Assembly (NCBI GenBank): GCA_963813715.1
Contig: CAWFAK010000009.1
Span: forward strand, 576,001-640,000
Length of the DNA stretch: 64,000 bases
Direction: 5' to 3'
Source: an uncultured Planctomycetaceae bacterium
Lineage (GTDB): Bacteria; Planctomycetota; Planctomycetia; Planctomycetales; Planctomycetaceae
The notes below the pieces were generated by a model. It worked only from the letters and a program-made list of their open reading frames with translations. It was not told the origin of the DNA and searched no databases. The translations under genes and the position numbers were made by a program. This document shows positions 1-9,196 of this stretch, in pieces. How positions within the stretch are numbered: the first letter of the stretch is position 1; each line of letters starts with the position of its first letter.

Positions 1-149
1 GGCGGCCCTGTCCAGGCGCCGGCCGAAAAGTCGAGACGCACCCACTCGTTCCCCTTTTCGATGACAGTCGAGTAGCAGACGTCGCCGGGTCCGAAGGGCT
101 TCCCGGTCTTCGAGCAGATCTTGCCGAGCGCCTTCAGCTCGTAATCCAT
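1..149 (-). CDS. Hypothetical protein, 5' part only (runs off the window)
   Basis: ATG at 149 opens MDYELKALGKICSKTGKPFGPGDVCYSTVIEKGNEWVRLDFSAGAWTGP with no stop before base 1; coding-like codon use. Confidence 0.7.
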   Translation of the reverse strand, partial: MDYELKALGKICSKTGKPFGPGDVCYSTVIEKGNEWVRLDFSAGAWTGP

Positions 150-306
150 GGGACCTCTCGAATGACGAACGCCGACCGACTTCCCCAGCGCGCGAAGGTT
201 CGCACCCAAACGCACGGGGGGCGGATCGTACTTAAACCCTGAAAACGGCTCAAGATGAGACAGACGTCCCAAAGCGAGCTCTACGCCAGCAGTTTCGCCG
301 GCTAGG

Positions 307-1344
307 TCACGACGAGACGGGGCGATCGACCGAGCGTTCCGCGGGCCGCGGAATCCGCTCCAACCAGGGCTTGGGAACCACGGAAGGCTCGGAAACGGGG
401 GTTGCCGGACGCGGAGCTAATTGGGAGAAGAAATCGACGATGCGGCGGTCGAACTCTTCTGGGTCAACCTCGCGAGCCAAGTTGTGTTTGGCCGTCTTTA
501 CCAGCCAGCGACGACTTGTGGCCTGCGGAAATTTCTCGAACAGGGCCTCGCTAATTTCCGGGAGAACGTACGTGTCGCGGCCGTCCACGATCATCATCGC
601 CGAGCGATTGCCCAGCCGACCCAGCCAATCCTCCAGCACGACGTAGCGGCAATGCCGGCGGATCTCGCTGACCCAGCGCGTAAGCAGCAGCGACGTGCGG
701 ACGTGCCAGATCGGCAAGATCCGCATGAACCATTTCGGGAAGTAGAGCGACGACCAGCGGAGCGTGTAGTGCAACGACATCGTGCTGATCGAGAAGACGC
801 CCTCGCAGGCGACGCAGCGCACCTCCGGCGATTGGGCTGCAACAACCACGGCCGCCGAGCCGCCACGGCTCATCCCAAAAAGCCCGATCGGCAACTGCTG
901 CAAATCGGGACGCTGGCGGGCGTAATCGACGGCCGCCCGGGCATCGCGGACTTCGTACTCTGTCAGCCAATGAATGGGCTGATAGCCCGGCAGGCGATCG
1001 CTCTCGCCCTGATTGCGAAAGTCGAAGCTAAAGACTGCAAAGCCGGCTCCCATGAGTGCGCGACAATACCAACCGGCCGACCAGTGGTCGCCGCCGAACT
1101 CGGGGCAAAAAATGACCAGGGCGCGAGGCGGTCCGTTCGTCGGCAGGTGCAGACTGCCGCGCAGCGTGACGCCGTCGGAGCTGGCAAAGGTGACCGGTTC
1201 CGCGGTGGGTGACGGGGCGATCGTGTCAACCGCGAAGGGCGGCGACCGCTCCAGAATCGGCAAGATGGCAAGCACGGCGGTGACGCGGATGATCAGGTCA
1301 ATCACGACCACAACCGCGAGAAAGCCGACAACAACCCACAGCAC
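307..1344 (-). CDS. Membrane-anchored alpha/beta hydrolase (possible thioesterase/acyltransferase of the fab cluster)
   Basis: N-terminal hydrophobic helix, FDFRNQGES motif, nucleophile elbow GMSRGG, late His (AKHN); starts 7 bp after the fabF stop. Confidence 0.8.
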   Translation of the reverse strand: MLWVVVGFLAVVVVIDLIIRVTAVLAILPILERSPPFAVDTIAPSPTAEPVTFASSDGVTLRGSLHLPTNGPPRALVIFCPEFGGDHWSAGWYCRALMGAGFAVFSFDFRNQGESDRLPGYQPIHWLTEYEVRDARAAVDYARQRPDLQQLPIGLFGMSRGGSAAVVVAAQSPEVRCVACEGVFSISTMSLHYTLRWSSLYFPKWFMRILPIWHVRTSLLLTRWVSEIRRHCRYVVLEDWLGRLGNRSAMMIVDGRDTYVLPEISEALFEKFPQATSRRWLVKTAKHNLAREVDPEEFDRRIVDFFSQLAPRPATPVSEPSVVPKPWLERIPRPAERSVDRPVSS

Positions 1345-1351
1345 GAGCAGC

Positions 1352-2635
1352 TTAGCCTTTATATTCGGCGAAAATCAGGGAGATATTCTGTCCACCAAAG
1401 CCGAAGCTGTTGGACAGCGCGCGCCGCACCGGCGCTTTGCGTGCCGCATTGGGCACGTAATCGAGATCGCAGTCCGGATCACGCGTCTGGTAGTTCATCG
1501 TCGGCGGCAGTACGTCCTCGTTAATTGCCAAGAGACACGTGATCGCCTCGACACTTCCGGCAGCCGCGATCAGGTGACCCATCATGCTCTTGATGCTGGA
1601 GACGGGAATTCCCGGCGCGTGCGTCCCGCAGGCATTCCGAATGGCCATGGTCTCCACGCGGTCGTTGACCGCCGTGCTCGTGCCGTGGGCGTTGATGTAA
1701 TCGAGGTCTTCGGGATTCAGCTCGGCATCCCGCATGGCCATCTTCATGCACATCGTGGCGCCACGGCCCTCGGGGTGAATGTCGGTGATGCGGTAGGCAT
1801 CGGCGCTCGAACCGTAGCCGACGACCTCGCCATAAATATGGGCGCCGCGGGCCTTGGCCCGGTCATGCTCTTCGAGAATCAGCATGCCGGCACCTTCGCC
1901 GAGCACGAACCCGTCCCGTTCTTTATCGAACGGACGCGACGCGTGCGCGGGATCGGAATTCCGAGTCGACAGGGCCGTCAACAGGTTGAAGCCGGTCATG
2001 CCGAACGGATGAATCATGCTGTGTGCGCCGCCGGAGAGCATCACGTCGGCATCGCCGCGGCGGATAATCTCCGAAGCTTCGCCGATCGCCTGGCTGGAGG
2101 CGGCACACGCCGTCAGGCAGTTGAGGTTTGGCCCCTGAGCGTTGAAAAGGTTGGCCAGATGGCCGGCGGGCATATTGGGCTCTTGCTCGAGTTCCCGCTT
2201 GGGATTGAGTTGCTCGAGGCCGGCCTTGGTGAACCGCTCGAGGTCCAGCTCGCCGTTCTCGCGGGCCTGCGAGATCATGTTCATGAAGACGACGAAGTCC
2301 TGCTGCCCTTCGCCGGCCCCCAGATAAACGCCAAATTGCGTCGGATCGAGGGACGAATCGAGCACGCCGGAGTCTTTGATCGCCTGCGTCGCGGCAGCCA
2401 CGGCAAACTGGATGTTGCGGCCGGCCATCTCGAACCGCTTGGCGTCTTTATAGTCATCTTCGAGGTGGAAGTTTTTGACTTCGGCGGCGAATTTGGTGGG
2501 GAAATTGGAGGCATCGAAGAGGCTGATTTTGTCGACGCCGTTGCCCCCTTCTTGCAGCGACTTCCACATCGAGCGAACGTTGTTCCCCACGGGTGTGATA
2601 CAACCCAGCCCAGTTACGACGACGCGTCGTCTCAT
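1352..2635 (-). CDS. fabF: Beta-ketoacyl-ACP synthase II family (FabF-like)
   Basis: RRVVVTGLG start, TACAAS (Cys), INAHGTST and SMMGHL (His/His), SNSFGFGGQN. Confidence 0.95.
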   Translation of the reverse strand: MRRRVVVTGLGCITPVGNNVRSMWKSLQEGGNGVDKISLFDASNFPTKFAAEVKNFHLEDDYKDAKRFEMAGRNIQFAVAAATQAIKDSGVLDSSLDPTQFGVYLGAGEGQQDFVVFMNMISQARENGELDLERFTKAGLEQLNPKRELEQEPNMPAGHLANLFNAQGPNLNCLTACAASSQAIGEASEIIRRGDADVMLSGGAHSMIHPFGMTGFNLLTALSTRNSDPAHASRPFDKERDGFVLGEGAGMLILEEHDRAKARGAHIYGEVVGYGSSADAYRITDIHPEGRGATMCMKMAMRDAELNPEDLDYINAHGTSTAVNDRVETMAIRNACGTHAPGIPVSSIKSMMGHLIAAAGSVEAITCLLAINEDVLPPTMNYQTRDPDCDLDYVPNAARKAPVRRALSNSFGFGGQNISLIFAEYKG

Positions 2636-3013
2636 GCGAATTGACCCCTAGACTTTGGCACGGTCCGACGAAAACGACTCGGCCGAAGCGATACAACTGA
2701 AGAGGCAGAGTGTCCCGCTCCGCCTTCCCAGCCTGCCCGCCATGCTTCCGCCAGAACGGCACGATGACAGCCGGTACAGGTCCCAAATAGCACCGGCACG
2801 GATCCCCAGTTTAATAGATCGGTCCCCACGACGGGAAGAATGACCTGGGGCCCCGCCGCCGCTAGCGGCAAATACGGGGTCGTTTCCCGGAGGGACTCGC
2901 CGTAAAATCCGTATCCGACGTGGCTTGTGCCGAACCCTTGGCAACGTTGGGAACCGAAGAGTTCGATAGTTGTCCAGCGCCTCGGCGGGGACATTCACTG
3001 AACGCCTGGTCGA

Positions 3014-3511
3014 CTAAGAGCTGGCCGTTGGCGTTCCGTCCCCGGCTTGGCCCACTTCCAGGATACCCAACAGGCCCATCGAGAAGACAAAGTTCTTCTG
3101 ATCGATGGCCGCCGAGTCGCCGGCTTTGGACTTATCGAGGTGGTTGAAGAGGATCTCCGCCTCCGCCACCAACCGCTCGCCCACGTGCGCCTTGCAGTCG
3201 ACGACACCCCCCTCCGGCCGGATGTCGGTGAGCGTGGCCGTATAGGTCAGGGTGTCGCCCGGGCAGGCCCAGCTGTGAAACGTCACGTGCGGCACTTTGG
3301 CGAGGATCACGATCTCGCTGAAGCCGCTCTTTTCGCCCAGGAGGATGCCGCCCGTTTGGGCCAGCCCTTCCAGGATCAGCGAGCCGGGCATTACCGGAAA
3401 ACCGGGAAAGTGGTCGTGGAGGTGCTCTTCTGCCAGGGTGACGTTTTTAACGGCCTTGGCATACGAACCCGACTTAAACTCCACGAACCGATCGATCCAG
3501 AACCAGCGCAT
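3014..3511 (-). CDS. fabZ: 3-hydroxyacyl-ACP dehydratase, FabZ/FabA family (copy 2)
   Basis: KNVTLAEEHLHDHFPGFPVMPGSLILEGLAQ with His/Glu dyad. Confidence 0.9.
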   Translation of the reverse strand: MRWFWIDRFVEFKSGSYAKAVKNVTLAEEHLHDHFPGFPVMPGSLILEGLAQTGGILLGEKSGFSEIVILAKVPHVTFHSWACPGDTLTYTATLTDIRPEGGVVDCKAHVGERLVAEAEILFNHLDKSKAGDSAAIDQKNFVFSMGLLGILEVGQAGDGTPTASS

Positions 3512-3557
3512 GAGGCACGTTCTCGGCTCACATCGCGTTGCGGGGCGATTGCCGCCC

Positions 3558-3950
3558 TCAAGTTCCCGAGAGCTTCGTCTCCATGAACTTCACGATCATT
3601 CCGACCGTGAACAGGTCCTGGATGTTCTCGACCTTGGGGTCCTTGGCGAACTTGTCGACGTCGGCGTGCGGCAGGCGCTTGCGCAACTCGGCGATGCCGG
3701 CCTCGGTGAGCGCGCCGTTCTTGGTGAGAGTGGGATCAGCGGCCGCAAAGTTGTCCGGGAACAGTTCGCCGCGGGGAATCTTGACGTTGAACGCCTTCTC
3801 CAGTCGAAAGACGATGTCCAGAAAGTCGATCGATTCGGCCCCGAGGTCGCCCATCAGCGTGGCGTCCATCGTGCATTCGGACTCGTCGGCCCCCAACGCG
3901 TCGACCAGGATTTCGCGCACCTTATCGTAAATCTCTTTCTCGGTCGGCAT
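3558..3950 (-). CDS. Acyl carrier protein, elongated (130 aa)
   Basis: DLGAESIDFLDIVFRLEKAF phosphopantetheine region; GGAGGT RBS before ATG 3950. Confidence 0.9.
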   Translation of the reverse strand: MPTEKEIYDKVREILVDALGADESECTMDATLMGDLGAESIDFLDIVFRLEKAFNVKIPRGELFPDNFAAADPTLTKNGALTEAGIAELRKRLPHADVDKFAKDPKVENIQDLFTVGMIVKFMETKLSGT

Positions 3951-4035
3951 CAGTCTCACCTCCGGTTGAATTCGATCTTCGACAGCATCGTGGCACCGGC
4001 CTGCCTGCATGCCGCCGTGCGCGGGCTGTTTTGTC

Positions 4036-4787
4036 TCAGAATCCGCCCAGCGTCAGGCCCCCGTCCACCCGCAGGACCTGGCCCGTGATGTAAGCGGCTT
4101 CCTCCGTCGCCAGAAAGACGACGGCATGCGCCACGTCTTCTGGTTTTCCCAGCGCTGCGCGGGAATGTGTTTCACGATCTGATCGCCCGCGGCGCTGCGA
4201 ACAGCGATCGTCATGTCGGTCTCGATGAACCCCGGTGCGACGGCGTTCACCGTGATGTTTCGCTTGGCCAGCTCGGTCGCCACGCAGCGGGTGAAGCCGT
4301 CGACGCCCCCCTTGCTGGCAGCGTAGTTCGCCTGGCCCGGATTGCCGAAGTCGGCCGCCACGCTCGACACGTTGATCATGCGGCCATAGCGCTGCGACAT
4401 CATCGGCCGGGTGACGGCCTGGCAGAAATTGAAGACGCCGTTCAAATTCGTGGCGATGACTTCGTTCCAGTGCTCTTCGCTCATCGTCGCCAGGAGCGTA
4501 TCGCGAATCACGCCGGCGTTGTTCACCAGGATGTCGATCTTTTCCCACTTCTCCAGGACGGTCTCGACGACTTTCTCGGCGGCGTTTTTCTGCTTGACGT
4601 CGCACTGGTAGCCGACGACCTCGCGGCCTTCCTTCTTCAGCTCCTCGACCAGTTCGTCGGCCGCCTGCTGATTCGAGTGATAGGCGAAGGCCACCTTGGC
4701 CCCTTCGCGGGCCAGGGCGCAGACGATGGCCCGGCCGATGCCCCGGCTGCCACCCGTCACGATCGCCACTCGCCCCTCGAGTTTCAT
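4036..4787 (-). CDS. fabG: 3-oxoacyl-ACP reductase (SDR); one frameshift near 4150
   Basis: [20 protein letters not shown]-terminus [10 protein letters not shown]...[12 protein letters not shown] lies in another frame. Confidence 0.92.
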
Positions 4788-4838
4788 CTTCTCCAATTCC
4801 CCTTGTCCGATTCGTCGGCCCACTCACGACAGGCCTGC

Positions 4839-5330
4839 TTAAGTGACTGATTCGTCGGCGGGGCCGGTCCAAATTTGCACAAACCGCCGCCGCATTTCGT
4901 CAATGCGGAGTTGATCGGACGGAGCCAAAGCCGCGTTCCGATCCGCCAGGTTGAATTGTTCCAGCGTCACCCGCGCACTGAAGGTCGACTTGCCGTCGAC
5001 GGTTCCCGAACCCTTCAAAATGTATTCGCGATCACCCCGCTCGTGCACGGCCGCGGTAACGGTTAGAGTTCGACCGGGCTGCACGAAGTTGTTGTATTTT
5101 AATGCTTTGGCTTGTTTGAGCAGAATCGTGCTATAGCGGAAATCTTCTGTCGTGCGCATCAGCCAAGCGCTGGTCTGCACCAGGCACTCCAGCATCATCA
5201 CGCCCGGAAGCACCGGATAGCCGGGGAAGTGATCGGCCAGATATTCCTCGGCTGCCGACACGTTTTTGATCGCCGTGATCGACTGCCCAGGCTCCAACGA
5301 AAGGATTCGATCGACCAGCAGGAAACGCAT
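4839..5330 (-). CDS. fabZ: 3-hydroxyacyl-ACP dehydratase, FabZ/FabA family (copy 1)
   Basis: MRFLLVDRI...[23 protein letters not shown]. Confidence 0.92.
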   Translation of the reverse strand: MRFLLVDRILSLEPGQSITAIKNVSAAEEYLADHFPGYPVLPGVMMLECLVQTSAWLMRTTEDFRYSTILLKQAKALKYNNFVQPGRTLTVTAAVHERGDREYILKGSGTVDGKSTFSARVTLEQFNLADRNAALAPSDQLRIDEMRRRFVQIWTGPADESVT

Positions 5331-5537
5331 AGCGACTCAAAGCGCCCCCGCCCCGAAGTTTTTGTCTGGGCGCATGACCGCCCTTTTATAGTGAGCCTAA
5401 TCCGATTTCACAACCCGAGGCACGGGCTCAAATCCAATGTCTAAAGTCGAAGGTCCAAGGTCAATTCCGCCGGCGAGGAACGCCGACGAAGCCGACCTTG
5501 GACCTAAGACGAACCGACTTTGGATTCTATCGCGGGC

Positions 5538-6774
5538 TCACTTCGACTCCGTCGGCCAGGGGACCCCGGCGCCGGACCTGGACGCGTCACCGTTCTCGTT
5601 TTGGCGGCGCGGGTTGGCGGCCCCGTCTTTGCCCACCGGCAAACGTTCGGCCTCTGCCTTGCCGACCTGGGTGGCCTGCTGGGCGGAGATCGCCCGGGCG
5701 ATTTGCCGCATTTGCTCCTGGTCGAGGTGGCGGAGGTTCCCCAGTTCGAGCAGCGGTTGCAGCGTGTGGACCGCGCGGGCGACCGTGTTTTCCATCAACA
5801 CGAATTCCATCAGGCCGCGACGGATGCCGTCGAGCGCGTGCACCTGATCCTGAAACTCGTGCTGGATGTCGATCATCATCTCGACCGACTTCAGGGCCTC
5901 GGGCAGGTTCGACTTCTCGCCAGCGAGCTTGGTCTGCATCTGAATCAACTGCGTCGCATTGCGGTCGGCCGCCTCGATCTGGGAACCCTTCTCGGCAAGG
6001 CGGTCACGGAGACCCAGCAGGTGAGTCACATTTTGCTGGGCATCCACAATCTTTCCGCCGCCGAACCACAATTTGATCCTTGAGCGCGAGCAGCCCCTTG
6101 GCCGCTGCGTCGGCCGCCGCCAGATTCGAGGTCCGCTCGATGATTTGGTCCTTCATCGCCAGGAGAGCCTTGGCCCGGTCGTTGGCCGTCGCCAGGTCTT
6201 CCGTGTGTCCCAGAATCTGGGCCTTCAAGTTCGCGAGTTGCGACAGCCCGGCCTCGGCCGCCGTGGCGTCGGCAGCTTCGGTCAGTACGCTGCGCTTGAG
6301 CGTGATCAGCCGGTTGGCGGCTTCCACCGCGTCGTCAGACGTCACGTTCTGCTCGATGAGCTGCTTCTGCAACACGACGACCTGATCAAGGGCCTTGATG
6401 GCTGGCTCAGTCAACTCGCGATTGCGCAGCACGCTCTGTTGCACAGCGGCCAGTTTCTCGACGGACGCCAGGACTTCGCTTGCCTTTTGGCATTCGGCTG
6501 TCAGCTCTTCGCGCATTTGACGCATCGAAGTCAGCGAGTGGCGGGCTTCCTCGAAGACAGCCTGCTGGGCTTTCAGGCCCGACAGCAGGTCGTTGGTGTT
6601 GCGGACCTGATCCCGTTCGCCGACCAGCAGTTGCATGTCGGACTGCATGGAGGCGATTTCCTGCTTGAATTCCTCCATCCGGTCTTTCATCGGACGGACG
6701 ATGCTCAAGTTGACGCCCAGGACGGTCGCGGCCAGGATTGCTGCGAGAAGTTTCAACGAGTCCTCCATCGCCAT
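5538..6774 (-). CDS. Membrane-anchored coiled-coil protein with about 10 tandem 24-aa repeats; frameshift near 6070
   Basis: ORFs 6004..6912 and 5538..6071 join with repeat register continuing; N-terminal hydrophobic stretch LLAAILAATVLGVNLSIV. Confidence 0.75.
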
Positions 6775-7043
6775 CCCGCCATTGCGGCCTGACTTTTGAT
6801 TGGCTAACACGGCTCTACCTCCCGGGTGTGTTTTTGGCGTCCGCACTGTCGGGGAACGTCGGCACAGATTGCGCAACGCTCCGCGTACCCTCAGTATCGC
6901 CATTTTTCCCAATCCGATTCGATCAAAACCGGCTGCTTGGCCGGGGGAAGACGATCGGATGGCGGGAGCGCGTTAGAATCAATCCGCTTTAGCGATTGCG
7001 ACGAATTTGCGGGGCAGAATCAGGCTTGAAGGATCAGTTTGCC

Positions 7044-7763
7044 ATGGCGAATGCGGACGCGGAAATTTGGCTGCAGAAGTTGACTCGCCGCGAGTTCCGG
7101 GAACGAATGAGTTCCGGCGAATTGGCCGGATGCATCATCCCCGTGGCGGCCACCGAGCAGCATCTCGAGCATCTGGCGATGGAGCACGACTGGCGCAGCG
7201 TGCTCTACATTTCCGGGGAAGTTGCGCGGCGCCTCGCCCCCCGCGTGCTCGTCGCTCCGTCGATGAACATCGGGATCAGCGAGCATCACATGCGGCACTT
7301 GGGCACGCTCTCGGCGATGCCCGGCCCCTGGCTGGGTGTGCTGCACGACACGATCCGCAGTATGCATCACGCCGGCTTCAAGAACATCCTGGTGCTCAAC
7401 GGCCACGGCGGCAACATCGCCCCCTGCGAGGGAATTTGGGGGCAGTTTCAACAGCGGTTCGAGATCAACCTGCAGTTCCACTCGTATTGGGACTTCCTGC
7501 CGGCCGAGTTGGCGAAAGCTCACCTCAAAACGGGCCGTTTTCCCGGGCACGCGCAAGAGTTTGAGACGGCCTTCGCACTGGCGGCCTTTCCGGAAAATGT
7601 CCGTCACACGGCGATGGCCGACCAGTCCGATCGCGAACCACTGCAAGCAACGGCCGAAACGGGACGCGTGCTGATCGCCGGTATCGTCGACTCCGTGACG
7701 CGATATCTGGCAGGGATGCTCGACGGGACGAATGTCGCCCCGATCCCGCCGTTCATGCCCTGA
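7044..7763 (+). CDS. Creatininase family amidohydrolase
   Basis: IIPVAATEQH, GISEHH, LNGHGGN, HAQEFET motifs. Confidence 0.9.
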   Translation: MANADAEIWLQKLTRREFRERMSSGELAGCIIPVAATEQHLEHLAMEHDWRSVLYISGEVARRLAPRVLVAPSMNIGISEHHMRHLGTLSAMPGPWLGVLHDTIRSMHHAGFKNILVLNGHGGNIAPCEGIWGQFQQRFEINLQFHSYWDFLPAELAKAHLKTGRFPGHAQEFETAFALAAFPENVRHTAMADQSDREPLQATAETGRVLIAGIVDSVTRYLAGMLDGTNVAPIPPFMP

Positions 7764-7813
7764 GCGGCCGCGACATGGGCGGCCCTGAGCGAAGCGGCGC
7801 CGTTCAGTCGCAC

Positions 7814-7850
7814 AAACAAAAAAACCACGCCCCGCGGACGGAGCGTGGTT
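7814..7850 (-). terminator. Intrinsic terminator of the Cys-rich YTV gene
   Basis: Minus strand AACCACGCTCC-GTCCGC-GGGGCGTGGTT followed by a T run, about 20 bp after the stop at 7871. Confidence 0.8.
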
Positions 7851-7870
7851 CGCCTTAGTCTGCCCCAGGC

Positions 7871-8769
7871 TTACGGATGAGTGTAGCCACGAGTCGCCTG
7901 CCAGACGTTGGCGGCGGCTTGCGTGTTGCCGTAGGAACTGGCCGGCAGGTTGGTGTTCGATGCAACTTCCGTCGGCGACACGTTTGCCATCGGCGCCGCG
8001 GGCGGAGCGTACTGCTGGGCCGGAGCCGAGCGATACTGTGGAGCCGGCGCGACGTCCGGCTCACCATTGGCAAACGGCTGCTGCGGCATGTTCGGCGTAG
8101 CCGACGCGATGCCCTGCGACGTAAAGCCGCCAGCCGGCATCTGCTGCGAGAGGGGGAACGGCGCACCGCAGCTCGGAGCCGCAGCCGGGCAGCACGAGCA
8201 CGGAGCGCACGGCACACACGGCGGCTTCAAGTACGTGTGAGTGCACGGAACGTAACGGACGTGGCACTCGGGAATCACCTGCGTGGTGACGTGCGGCACG
8301 CATTGGGTCACCGTATAGGGAACGGTCCGCGAGCAGACCTGCTGGTGATATTCGGTGTACGGGATCTGTTTGACGACCGGGCGGGGGCACCAGACCATCT
8401 TGTAGCAACCCTCGTCGACCGTCACGCAATTGACCTTGGTCACGGGGACCGTCACGCAATACGGTTCCTGGCGATAGCAGGTTTTGCAGACCTGATGGTA
8501 TCCGACGCATTGCTGCGTCCGGTAAGTGGTGTCGCAGACCGGCTTGAACGTCGTGCAGGTGCAGATGTCGGGCGGCGGGCACGGAGCACAACACGGGGCC
8601 GGAGGACAACACGTGGGCGGAGCGCAGCACGTGGCCGGGCGCCGCAGGACGCAGCGGGTGGCGCGACGCAACCCGGTGCCTGACCGAAGATGTTCGCCGG
8701 CTGGACGAGCCCCACGGCCAGCACGAGCAATCCGGACGATCGCAGAAATCCCCGAGAGAAACTGAACAT
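7871..8769 (-). CDS. Secreted Cys/Pro/Val/Thr-rich protein, YTV-type planctomycete envelope protein; frameshift near 8640
   Basis: Signal peptide MFSFSRGFLRSSGLLVLAVGLVQPA (ORF 8452..8769) joins CCAPPTCCPP...RTVPYTVTQCVPHV (ORF 7871..8875). Confidence 0.75.
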
Positions 8770-9196
8770 CGGTCGTGGCTCCTAATGAAGTGCGTAGTCG
8801 CGCCCGCGGGATGAGCGTGCCGACCTTTGCGGAAGTGAGAAGACCCGCCCGCCGACGCGAAGGCGCATCGCCCAATCTGGCGGTTCTCCTCTAGGGCTTT
8901 ATCGGAAGATTCGGCAAAGGTTCTTCAACAGAAAAAATCGATCCAGCCGGAATAGCCGGACTGGTCGGCGACGGGCTGTGGCGGTTGGGACGAGCCCCCG
9001 GAGCGGACGCCTGCCGTCGAGAGAGCCGCCGCCGAGGGCAACGCCTCGCGCGCGAACGTTCTCCCAACTCGACCCGAACCGCCGCAACCGAGAAGTTTGC
9101 GTGGGGACTTCGCCCGGCGGTAAATTAGCTCCCGGACGCTAATTCACCCGAATCTGACCTCGATCGCCGCGATCCCCTTCTAGGCGGAGCGATTCG

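Noticed and set aside
2700..2900. Possible cobalamin riboswitch (CTGGGAAGGC on the minus strand upstream of fabF)
   Set aside because: The other conserved elements (AGGGAA..GGTG, CCC..ACTGT, GCCACTG) are absent and the downstream gene is unrelated to B12
4809..4859. 11-bp direct repeat GATTCGTCGGC, 40 bp apart, around the fabZ stop
   Set aside because: Only two short copies, one of them coding; may be chance or a trivial duplication
307..5330. Ladderane or aryl-polyene biosynthesis call for the fab cluster
   Set aside because: No radical SAM, desaturase-like, chain-length-factor or aryl-loading genes are present
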